This document shows positions 9,238 to 17,299 of a stretch of 28,975 nucleotides of DNA, piece by piece. A program made the translations under genes and the position numbers. The notes under the pieces are model-generated. The model did not search any database and had not been told where the DNA came from. It was given only the letters and a program-made list of their open reading frames with translations. The stretch's first letter is position 1. Every line of letters begins with the position of its first letter. This DNA comes from Fidelibacterota bacterium (GTDB lineage: Bacteria > Fidelibacterota > UBA2242), in the NCBI GenBank assembly GCA_003645845.1, contig QNCV01000001.1, positions 1 to 28,975 on the forward strand, in the 5' to 3' direction.

Positions 9238-10811
9238 TTGTTCTGATTCTGTGTGCTCAGATGCTTATTATTCTGGCGTCCTGTTCGGCTCGTCTTCCCC
9301 GGAAGCATCTTCCGGAGCCGGTTCTGCCGAATCATCCGGAAATTTTGAATTTATACTGGGAAAGCTGGCGCCTTGTTAATAATGCCCGCTATCAGGGTAC
9401 CCGGTTGAACGGATTTCCTGATCAATATTTAAATATAGAAAACGGAAGTGTTATTAATCAATGGCCAACCCTCTCTTCGGCCCTTTTCGCTATGTACGGG
9501 TACCGGGATTTTCCGGTCATGCAAACGCTGGATCTGTTTTACAACAAGCAGCGTTCCGACGGGTTCATAGCCCGGACGTATATCGTCAATTCCGGTGATC
9601 CTTTGCATCTACCCACACAATTGGACCCCATGATTAATCCGCCACTGTTTGCCTGGGTTGAGTTGAAATATTTTACCCTTTCCGGTGACAGCGTCCGTCT
9701 GCGGCAGGTTTTCCCGAAATTGGAGCGTTATTTTGCCTGGATTGATCAGTTCTGCCGGGGAAAATACGAGGCGACGGATTTGTATTACACGACGGCAATT
9801 GGTTCCGGGATGCTGAATCTGCCCCGCGGTGATGTTGAGCATGGTGGCTGGACGGACTTGACGGCTCAGATGGCCCTCTTCGCCGAGCAGCTTGCCAGGA
9901 TTGCCGGCATTCTGAATGTTCCGGAAAGGGAGCGATACTACCATGAGCGTTATCTGTCCATTAGTCGGGCGATTCAGTCAAAACTCTGGAATCCCGATTC
10001 CAGTTTTTATTACGATTATTCACGTGAGGGTAAGACATCCTTTCTGCGGACAATCAACGGTTTTTGGCCTTTGCTGGCTGGCATTCCCGACACCGATCAG
10101 GCCCGCCGATTGATCGGATATCTCAAAGACCCCAACGATTTTGCGCCGAAACACATGTTCCCCAGTGTCTCCGTCCGGGAAATCGATTATAATCCCCTGG
10201 GATTTTACTGGCGCGGTGGCGTATGGGGAATTTCCAATTACATGATTATTCAGAGCCTGAAGCGCTATGGTGAGACGGAGTTTGCCCGCGAAGCGGCCTG
10301 GAACCATTTGAAAAATATGGCGGAAGTATATCGGGGATTCGATCTTTCGGTGGATGCCGAATGCCCGGAACCGGAGAGCGGAATGGCTGGCAAAATATGG
10401 GAGGTTTATGCGCCCGAAAAGGTCTGTCCGGGGACCAACTGGAACGCTCAAAATCTCTGCCGGCCTGACCAGATCAGCTTTTCCGGTCACGGCCCGATCT
10501 CTATGGTCATTGAGGATATTCTGGGGTTTCAGACCGATGCTCCGGAGGACGAACTTCGGTGGCATATGACCAGGGCGGATCGGCACGGTATCCGACGCCT
10601 GGGTTTCGGTGATAATACGGTATCTGTCTGGACAGAACCTGATACGGTCCGACCGGAAGTTCTGACTTTGGCAGGATCCACGGATTCGGAGTTTAAACTG
10701 ATCATTGATACTGTACAGGACAGTTTTCTGGTAAACTTTGATCCGGGACCGATTGCGGTCAGTTTTCTACCGGCGGATTATCTGCTGAGGGGCCGTTTCA
10801 GTCAACAATAA
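9189..10811 (+). CDS. GH63/MGH1-like (trehalase-type alpha6/alpha6 barrel) glycoside hydrolase-fold lipoprotein, probably catalytically degenerate
   Basis: Lipobox LASC. Motifs QRSDGFIAR, NPPLFAWVE, LWNPDSSFYYD, FWPLLAG, YWRGGVW, IWEVYAPE. Start codon uncertain. Confidence 0.8.
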   Translation: MVRRRITQRRTSRAALIVLILCAQMLIILASCSARLPRKHLPEPVLPNHPEILNLYWESWRLVNNARYQGTRLNGFPDQYLNIENGSVINQWPTLSSALFAMYGYRDFPVMQTLDLFYNKQRSDGFIARTYIVNSGDPLHLPTQLDPMINPPLFAWVELKYFTLSGDSVRLRQVFPKLERYFAWIDQFCRGKYEATDLYYTTAIGSGMLNLPRGDVEHGGWTDLTAQMALFAEQLARIAGILNVPERERYYHERYLSISRAIQSKLWNPDSSFYYDYSREGKTSFLRTINGFWPLLAGIPDTDQARRLIGYLKDPNDFAPKHMFPSVSVREIDYNPLGFYWRGGVWGISNYMIIQSLKRYGETEFAREAAWNHLKNMAEVYRGFDLSVDAECPEPESGMAGKIWEVYAPEKVCPGTNWNAQNLCRPDQISFSGHGPISMVIEDILGFQTDAPEDELRWHMTRADRHGIRRLGFGDNTVSVWTEPDTVRPEVLTLAGSTDSEFKLIIDTVQDSFLVNFDPGPIAVSFLPADYLLRGRFSQQ

Positions 10812-11745
10812 AGTTTTCTCTGATCAAACTGGCGGTTGTCAATACATCTGCGACATAGGTGCGGCTGTTATTATAACGTAACAGTGCCCGTTGCTGACGC
10901 AGTATGTCATCCGTCCAGCCTTTACGGCTCAGAAAGTTTCCAACGCTCATAATGGCGTCAGTGTAATTATATAGATCGATTTTTCCATCCCGGTCGCCAT
11001 CGATGCCATACCGTAAAACATTCGAGGGCATGAACTGGGGATACCCGAAGGCGCCGGCGTAGGAACCGGGCAGTTCAAGAATATCCAGATGACTTTCGTC
11101 ATGGAGTCTTAGCAAAGCGCCGAATTCGGTCCGCGCCCAGGCTGCTTTACGAATAGCCCGTTTCTGATAAAGATTGATCAGATACCTTCGTTTATCAAAA
11201 CTCAGATAATGATATCGCTCGTTGATATAATTCTCAATCCGTGCCAGGGACTCCGGACTATCGGCATTTGAAAGGGAACTGAGAACATTGAAAACCGAGT
11301 ATTTGCCAACTATTTTACCCAGTTTTGTTTCGACAAACAGGACTGCGACGATAGCCTCTCTGTTTACTCCGAACCGCTGTTCGGCAGTATCCAACTGGCT
11401 CTGATAATGCTGCAGAAAATCTTCAATTTCATAGGTAACGTTTTCTGTATGGAAAAATGTACTGCTGTAACTGTCCATCGCCGGTGGACTTGATAACTTA
11501 ACGGCAATGTCAGGGTAATAGACCACCCGAGGGTCCCGAAAGAGCTGTTGCACTTCAGCCATATTAAAATTTTGTTCGGCGAGGTAGCTAAACAGCATGG
11601 CATAATCCCGGGACGGGACCGGCTTGGCATCCGTTTCCGGCACCATTGCGTAGTCGCGTACCCTGAATGAGAGCACAACGACCAGCAGTATAGCAACCAT
11701 AAGCCCTTTTTTAGTTCGTTTCAAATAATTTATTAAGTTCTTCAT
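10798..11745 (-). CDS. Lytic murein transglycosylase, MltB/SLT_2 family, with N-terminal membrane anchor
   Basis: VETKLG (catalytic Glu), GSYAGAFGYPQFMPS, EF-hand DGDRDGKIDL, YNNSRTYV. Confidence 0.92.
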   Translation of the reverse strand: MKNLINYLKRTKKGLMVAILLVVVLSFRVRDYAMVPETDAKPVPSRDYAMLFSYLAEQNFNMAEVQQLFRDPRVVYYPDIAVKLSSPPAMDSYSSTFFHTENVTYEIEDFLQHYQSQLDTAEQRFGVNREAIVAVLFVETKLGKIVGKYSVFNVLSSLSNADSPESLARIENYINERYHYLSFDKRRYLINLYQKRAIRKAAWARTEFGALLRLHDESHLDILELPGSYAGAFGYPQFMPSNVLRYGIDGDRDGKIDLYNYTDAIMSVGNFLSRKGWTDDILRQQRALLRYNNSRTYVADVLTTASLIRENFIVD

Positions 11746-11799
11746 GATGATTCCTTATTATCAAACACCCTAATATTACGGTGAGTTTTAGAGATTAGA

Positions 11800-11815
11800 G
11801 GTGAAACAAATCACA
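11800..11815. promoter_or_regulatory. CRP/FNR-family-like operator GGTGA-N6-TCACA in the divergent intergenic region
   Basis: 9/10 match to the TGTGA-N6-TCACA consensus, located between the divergent transglycosylase and amidohydrolase genes. Confidence 0.4.
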
Positions 11816-11925
11816 TTGTTACAAAATTAGCGTAAATGTTACGAAACTTATTTTCATAATGCAACTATTTGTTTTTACGGGCAGTCCTCTTATATTTCCC
11901 GTGAGAATGATTTTGAAGTGAGATT

Positions 11926-13170
11926 ATGGAGACTGATGTGAAACAGGAGTCAAATAACCTGCCCGGGCGGGCTTTTCGAGCGCGTTGGATATTGCCGTTG
12001 TCGGCTCCACCGATCGAAGATGGTGTTATTGTTCTGAAGGGTGACAGAATTCAGCTTATCGGCCATTTTAACCGGTTGAGGGACGATCTGCCGGAAAATC
12101 TGATTGACCTGGGAGATGCCGTGATTTTTCCGGCCTTTGTAAATGTTCATACTCACCTTGAAGATGATATTCTTGAAGAACTCCCCGGGAATGTTTTTCA
12201 ATACCTGAGACAAAGCCAAGCTGCTTTAAATAATCGTAGTGCCGAAGAGCAGAAAGCACTGGTTTATCAAAATATTACCGATTGTGCCCGTACCGGAACA
12301 ATTGCATTGGGTGATTTTTTCAACACAGACCATTCAACGGAAGGTTTGGAGGGAGCCCGTGTGTTTGCCCGGGTTTTTCATGAACTCAGGGGGTTTAAAA
12401 ATTATGAAGCCGATTATATTATAAGACAGGTTCAGGCCCGGATGGAGCAGACCGTTTCCCAGAGGCAGCTTACCCACCATTTGGGGATGTCATCACCCTG
12501 GCAACTCTCGCCCGAACTTTTTCGGATGATCAGTATCCGGGAACGGCATGTAGCTATACACATGGCGATGACGGAGGCGGAAACCGAATTCATGCATAGC
12601 GGTAAGGGACCGGTCAAACAGTATCTGTTGTCCATCGGTGATTTTGACTATAGCTGGGAGGCTCCGAAAGTTTCACCTGTCCAGTATTTTTTCAATAACC
12701 GATTTTATGCTCGTCACAATATTCTGATTCATATGAACGAAGTATCTGAGACGGATATTGATGTCATTAAAAACAGTCCGGCCAAGGTCAATGTCTGTCT
12801 CTGCCCCCGGGCTTCGCAAACACTGCAGCTGCGTCCCACGCCGGTAAAACGGATTCTGGAAAAAGGGATTAATATTTGTATGGGTACGGAGAGTAGGGCG
12901 CTTACCGGTGATCTGGATATGCGCAAGGAGCTGCGAACTGCCGTGGATCTCTATGGTGTCAGTCCTGATACTGCGCTGAAATTTGCGACTTTGAACGGTG
13001 CTTATGCGATTGGTTTTCACAAGGAGGTGGGTAGTCTTGAGACGGGGAAAACTGCCCGCTGTCTGGTTGCCTGGGCGACCGGTGGTCCGTCGAATGATCC
13101 TTTTGAAATGATCCTTGATGATTCCCGGGAACTGGTCTGGCTTGACAATTATGACGAGCAACATACGTAA
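11926..13170 (+). CDS. Amidohydrolase-superfamily protein (SsnA/MqnF-like deaminase fold) with altered active site
   Basis: RARWILP N-terminal strand, FVNVHTHLE (HxH), CLCPRAS, MGTES, ATLNGAYAIG, GSLETGK. Confidence 0.85.
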   Translation: METDVKQESNNLPGRAFRARWILPLSAPPIEDGVIVLKGDRIQLIGHFNRLRDDLPENLIDLGDAVIFPAFVNVHTHLEDDILEELPGNVFQYLRQSQAALNNRSAEEQKALVYQNITDCARTGTIALGDFFNTDHSTEGLEGARVFARVFHELRGFKNYEADYIIRQVQARMEQTVSQRQLTHHLGMSSPWQLSPELFRMISIRERHVAIHMAMTEAETEFMHSGKGPVKQYLLSIGDFDYSWEAPKVSPVQYFFNNRFYARHNILIHMNEVSETDIDVIKNSPAKVNVCLCPRASQTLQLRPTPVKRILEKGINICMGTESRALTGDLDMRKELRTAVDLYGVSPDTALKFATLNGAYAIGFHKEVGSLETGKTARCLVAWATGGPSNDPFEMILDDSRELVWLDNYDEQHT

Positions 13171-13387
13171 AAGAGAAAAATAATTTGGTCAACCATTGAT
13201 TAGCTGTTGATAATTAATAAAATTTTTCTTATCTAATATTTGTGGTATATCCAGACGGTTTGCTGATCAGACCATTTTATCAATATTGCCGATTGTTACC
13301 TGGAGAGGCCGGCGGATTTGGAAAACCGGAATGGATCGCCATGCTGCCAGAACCTGCAATCACCTTAATAAATAATAACCCCGAGGA

Positions 13388-14533
13388 GTGACTATGATCA
13401 AAAGCAAAGTCGTTGAAGAATTGATTCATTTTACTCAGAATGAGTATCCGGTAACCAGCGCTTATTTTACCCTGTCCAGTAAAGTCGGCAATCACAAAAC
13501 CAGTCTGGTTGAACTCAAAAAAATGATTCGTTACAAGAAGAATACGACCTATTTCAGGCAACTGAATGAAGTCGAGAAAAAATCGGTTTTAGCCGACTTC
13601 GAAAAAATTCTTAACTGGTTTGAAGAGGAACTGGATAGCTCAAAATATGTCAGCTCCATTTGCTTTTGTCAAAGCGGAACCGGTTTCTGGAAGGTTCGTA
13701 ATCTGCGGATTCCACTTCAGAATGAAATAATCATTCAGCCCAAACCCTCGATTTACCAACTGTCACAATTGTTCAGTCAATACAGTCGTTATGCGGTAGT
13801 TCTGGTGGATAAAAGCAAAGCCCGCATTTTTGAGCAGTCGCTGGGTGATTTTACCGAAATCTATGCCGTAGAGGACAATGCACCCGAGACTGTCAAAGTC
13901 GGGGGTTATCGTGGACGCCAGGAGCGTCGGGTCGAACGGAATATTAAAAAAGGGGTGGCGGAACATTACAAGGAGGTTGCCAATAAGATATTTGCTCTTA
14001 ATAAACGCCGGGATTTTAATTGGATTGTCCTGGGCGGCCGCCGGGAATCCGTCGGAAAGTTTCAAGGTATCCTGCATGATTACGTGGCTTCCAAAATTGC
14101 AGGAACGGTTGAAATTGAACCTCAGGCTCCCCTGAGCGAGGTCTTCAGTAAGGTTCAAAAGGCCGGTCTGAAGGCTCGCCGGAAGTATGAGACGGGACTG
14201 TTGGAAACTTTTAACAATAAAAAAACTGCCAACCAGGCCGTAGCCGGAATAGATGCGGTTTTACCGATGCTGCGGGATAATTGGGTGGATACTCTTTTAT
14301 TACAGGAGAATTACCGCCGTAAAGGGGTCTTTTGCCGGCATTGTCAGTATATCGATCTGTCGACGCACGCCGAGTGTCCAAAGCATGGCGGACCGCTTGA
14401 ACGAACCCATAATATAATCGAACATATGCTGCATAACGCCTTACTTCAGGGGGTTGATGTTCAATATCTGCAGCAATCGCTGGAGCAATACGGATATCTG
14501 GGCGCAATATTGCGCTTTCCTCTGACCTCCTGA
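13388..14533 (+). CDS. Bacterial archaeo-eukaryotic release factor (eRF1/aRF1-like, baeRF) family protein
   Basis: YAVVLVDKSKARIF, GG loop (VGGYRGRQERR), IVLGG, C-terminal eRF1 domain-3-like VDTLLL...CRHC...CPKHG...LGAILRF. GAGGAG ribosome-binding site. Confidence 0.85.
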   Translation: MTMIKSKVVEELIHFTQNEYPVTSAYFTLSSKVGNHKTSLVELKKMIRYKKNTTYFRQLNEVEKKSVLADFEKILNWFEEELDSSKYVSSICFCQSGTGFWKVRNLRIPLQNEIIIQPKPSIYQLSQLFSQYSRYAVVLVDKSKARIFEQSLGDFTEIYAVEDNAPETVKVGGYRGRQERRVERNIKKGVAEHYKEVANKIFALNKRRDFNWIVLGGRRESVGKFQGILHDYVASKIAGTVEIEPQAPLSEVFSKVQKAGLKARRKYETGLLETFNNKKTANQAVAGIDAVLPMLRDNWVDTLLLQENYRRKGVFCRHCQYIDLSTHAECPKHGGPLERTHNIIEHMLHNALLQGVDVQYLQQSLEQYGYLGAILRFPLTS

Positions 14534-14556
14534 CCGGATTCGGTTATCCGGTTTTG
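14533..14556 (+). terminator. Putative intrinsic terminator after the baeRF gene
   Basis: ACCGGAT-tcggtt-ATCCGGT 7-bp stem followed by a short T run, directly after the stop codon. Confidence 0.5.
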
Positions 14557-14654
14557 CGGGTCCGTTCCGCTAGCGGCACTTGAAAGGTTGGAGATACACT
14601 TCAATTATCAATTTAAGTCATTCGGCTAACTTGCCTATTTTCATTATTTTTTCC

Positions 14655-14684
14655 TTGACATTATCCCGATATGAGGACTATATT
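14655..14684 (+). promoter_or_regulatory. Putative sigma70-type promoter of the motor operon
   Basis: Perfect TTGACA at 14655-14660, an 18-nt spacer, and TATATT at 14679-14684, about 70 nt upstream of the first ATG. Confidence 0.6.
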
Positions 14685-14753
14685 TTTTCTGAATGCAACG
14701 CCATAGTGTCAATTGTAAATATTTAGACACTTTATACCCGAAGGTGTGGGATT

Positions 14754-15725
14754 ATGAAAGTCAAAATTCTTTTTGTAGCCTTTCTTCTATTTCCTCTGAT
14801 ACAGGGGTGTAGTCTCTTCAGCAGCGAGGCTGTTGACGAGACGGAAACCGAGACGCTTCAAACTGCTCAGTCGACGGACACAGTGGTAGCGCCAGCTACC
14901 GGCCAGGTGGTAACCAACAGTACACTAACGCCAACCCGGCAATCCCGCTCGGTGGCAACTGCCCCTGCCCGGACGACTCCTGCTGATCAGGATTATGTGG
15001 TCAACGAGCTGACCTTTGAAGTGAAAAAATTGTCTGCCGAGCTGAAACATGTGCAAAGTCAGCTGCAAGACCTGCAGGCCAACAGCCAGATGTGGATGAA
15101 TCCACTGGCCATGTATGACAAGGAAATCGTGACCGATAACGGTACATCAATCTACGGTAAAATTATCTACCAGGATGATAAAATTGTCAAAGTAGAGACC
15201 CTGATCGGTTATCTGGTGCTGGATAAATCATCAATTGTCCGGGTAATTACCAATGTTCCCGAAGAGCCGGCTCAGAAATATGTGCCTCAGGAACTGGTGA
15301 GTGAGGTCTCGCGAGGCACCAGCTATCCTCAGGTTCCCCAACCGGCCTATATCTCCAAATCCGGTGAACCGGCGCAGCTGCCGGAAAGTGCTGCCAAACT
15401 GCCCAATTGTGTACTGGTCGGCAATATCAGTGAGAAAAAAGATCGTTCCGGGAACACCATCTTTTCCGGTGAGGTTAAGAATATCGGTGCCCGGCGTGCG
15501 GATTTTGTGAAGGTTAATTTTATTTTTCGGAAAAACTGGAGCGGCGACACAAAAACCCGGACCGCTTTCGTGGAAGGTACCTATTTTACTTTCGAAGATT
15601 CCGGAATTACGACGAACAATTCACTGTTGCCGGGTGCGACCGGTAAATTTGAGCTGATCATTCCCAAGAATTTTGGCAGCTTCATCGGCTATTCCTACAC
15701 AATTGAGTGGGAGCAGTATAAATAA
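14754..15725 (+). CDS. Lipoprotein: Thr-rich linker, coiled coil, small beta domain, C-terminal FxLYD-like Ig domain
   Basis: Lipobox IQGC (Cys19). Coiled coil NELTFEVKKLSAELKHVQSQLQDLQ. C-terminal GEVKNIG...VKVNF...LLPGATGKFEL resembles FxLYD domains. The stop overlaps the next start (TAATG). Confidence 0.7.
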   Translation: MKVKILFVAFLLFPLIQGCSLFSSEAVDETETETLQTAQSTDTVVAPATGQVVTNSTLTPTRQSRSVATAPARTTPADQDYVVNELTFEVKKLSAELKHVQSQLQDLQANSQMWMNPLAMYDKEIVTDNGTSIYGKIIYQDDKIVKVETLIGYLVLDKSSIVRVITNVPEEPAQKYVPQELVSEVSRGTSYPQVPQPAYISKSGEPAQLPESAAKLPNCVLVGNISEKKDRSGNTIFSGEVKNIGARRADFVKVNFIFRKNWSGDTKTRTAFVEGTYFTFEDSGITTNNSLLPGATGKFELIIPKNFGSFIGYSYTIEWEQYK

Positions 15726-16528
15726 TGCATTTACCATTCACTAAGATTGCCGGTTTGTCGTTTTTACTAATGGGATTCGCTTTTTCTCAAACCGACTCGA
15801 CTTTGATTGATATTTCTGAAAAAAAAGCGAAGCTGAACGAGAAGAATGTTCAGATGCTGGAATTGCAGTCCGATATCAGCAGTCATGACGAAGAGCTTCG
15901 GGCTATTCGGGATGAAATTGAAAAACTGAAAGCCTATAATCGGCGACTTCAGGATTCTTTGCTAACCAAACAGGCGGAGATTGATTCGCTGAAAGAGCAG
16001 CAGAACCAGGTGGAAAATTTTAAGATGATCGTCAATGCGTTTGACGAAGACAAAGCCCTGACCGATGAAATCCTGGAGTCAATTAAAAGCTCTGATGTGG
16101 CGCCGAAGGATACGGTGGCGACCGTTACTCTGGAGGAAACTCCGGATGATACGGAGTACCGGACACTATACAACGAAGCGCTTAATCTATATTTTGATCG
16201 GGATTATAAGTCCAGTATTGGCAAATTCAGAGAACTATTAACCCGCAGTCGGAAACATCCCCTGGCAGATAACTGCCAGTACTGGTTGGGTGAAAACTAT
16301 TATTCTCAGGAAAATTATTCCCAGGCAATTGCGGAATTTCAGAAAGTTGCTCCCCTGGGTGACGGTAATAAGGCGGATGCCGCTCTGTTTAAAATCGGGA
16401 TGAGCCAGCTGAAGATGGGACAGGACGCCTCCGCCCGGGAAACCTTTACCCGGCTGGAAAAACAGTTTCCCGACAGCGATTTGCTGGATAAAGCCCGGCA
16501 ATATTTAACGTCCCGGGAAAAGTTTTGA
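15725..16528 (+). CDS. CpoB/YbgF-like periplasmic coiled-coil plus TPR protein
   Basis: Signal peptide and long coiled coil, then YNEALNLYFDRDY, LADNCQYWLGENYYSQENYSQAIAEFQKV and KADAALFKIG, which are typical YbgF TPRs. Confidence 0.82.
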   Translation: MHLPFTKIAGLSFLLMGFAFSQTDSTLIDISEKKAKLNEKNVQMLELQSDISSHDEELRAIRDEIEKLKAYNRRLQDSLLTKQAEIDSLKEQQNQVENFKMIVNAFDEDKALTDEILESIKSSDVAPKDTVATVTLEETPDDTEYRTLYNEALNLYFDRDYKSSIGKFRELLTRSRKHPLADNCQYWLGENYYSQENYSQAIAEFQKVAPLGDGNKADAALFKIGMSQLKMGQDASARETFTRLEKQFPDSDLLDKARQYLTSREKF

Positions 16529-17277
16529 AAGGATATGTTTGTAAGGTAATTTTAATGCTTTGTCTGCCCCTAATCTTAGACGCTCAGGAAAGCGATACGA
16601 CGCGGGGTAAAACCGACAAAAGTTTCATGTACGATTTAGGAATCAAGATTGAGCCAGCGAGGGAGTCTGCCCCCCTTCAAGGCATTGGCGTTGCTAACCC
16701 AAGTTTGGTTCGACTACAGAGCCAAATGGACTCCCTCACCTCGGCTTTTTCAATGTATAAGCAGGATACCGACCGGCGTATTACAGAACTGGATCAAGCG
16801 CTTGATTCTGTGAAGCTGGTAAACAGGCAACTTGAAAAGCGGATTTATTTATCACCCTATGCATCGGCGGGAAATCCTCGTTTAATTTATTCAAAAAAAG
16901 AAGGAGAGCGCTTTTTTCAAAAGGGCACGGATGCCTATAACGCTCAAAATTATCCGGTTGCGGTGGATTATTTCCGGAAATGTATTGATAGTGAGGCCGG
17001 CGGTAGCCTGATCGGGGATGCCTATTTCTGGGTTGGTAACAGTTATATTCATCTCAAAGACGAATATCTGGCGCTGGAATATCTCAAACGGGTACCGGAA
17101 TATCCGCTATGTAAGAATATTGACGATGCACTTTTTCTGACGGCGGTTACCTACCGGAAACTGGGTGATGCAGAGATGGCCAGATTTTTTTTAGAGAGGC
17201 TGCTCAGGCGTTTTCCCGATGGGGAGATGGCCAAACTGGCTCTATTGGAGTTAAAGCGACTGAAGTCTATGGATTGA
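16525..17277 (+). CDS. Second CpoB/YbgF-like coiled-coil plus TPR protein
   Basis: TTG start overlaps the previous TGA. Signal peptide and coiled coil, then DAYFWVGNSY and DDALFLTAVTYRKLGD...LLRRFPDG. Confidence 0.75.
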   Translation: MKGYVCKVILMLCLPLILDAQESDTTRGKTDKSFMYDLGIKIEPARESAPLQGIGVANPSLVRLQSQMDSLTSAFSMYKQDTDRRITELDQALDSVKLVNRQLEKRIYLSPYASAGNPRLIYSKKEGERFFQKGTDAYNAQNYPVAVDYFRKCIDSEAGGSLIGDAYFWVGNSYIHLKDEYLALEYLKRVPEYPLCKNIDDALFLTAVTYRKLGDAEMARFFLERLLRRFPDGEMAKLALLELKRLKSMD

Positions 17278-17299
17278 GACCAAAACGGAGTAAGAATTA

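Noticed and set aside
13171-13387. Possible riboswitch or ncRNA in the leader upstream of the baeRF gene
   Set aside because: The GC-richer patch at about 13300-13365 does not match the glycine, SAM, fluoride or c-di-GMP consensus by eye. An Infernal/Rfam search would be needed.
14531-14629. UGA stop of the baeRF gene followed by a hairpin and about 31 open codons, as possible Sec readthrough/SECIS
   Set aside because: The hairpin starts at the stop itself, closer than typical bacterial SECIS geometry, and is followed by a T run like a terminator. GAILRF is already the natural family C-terminus.
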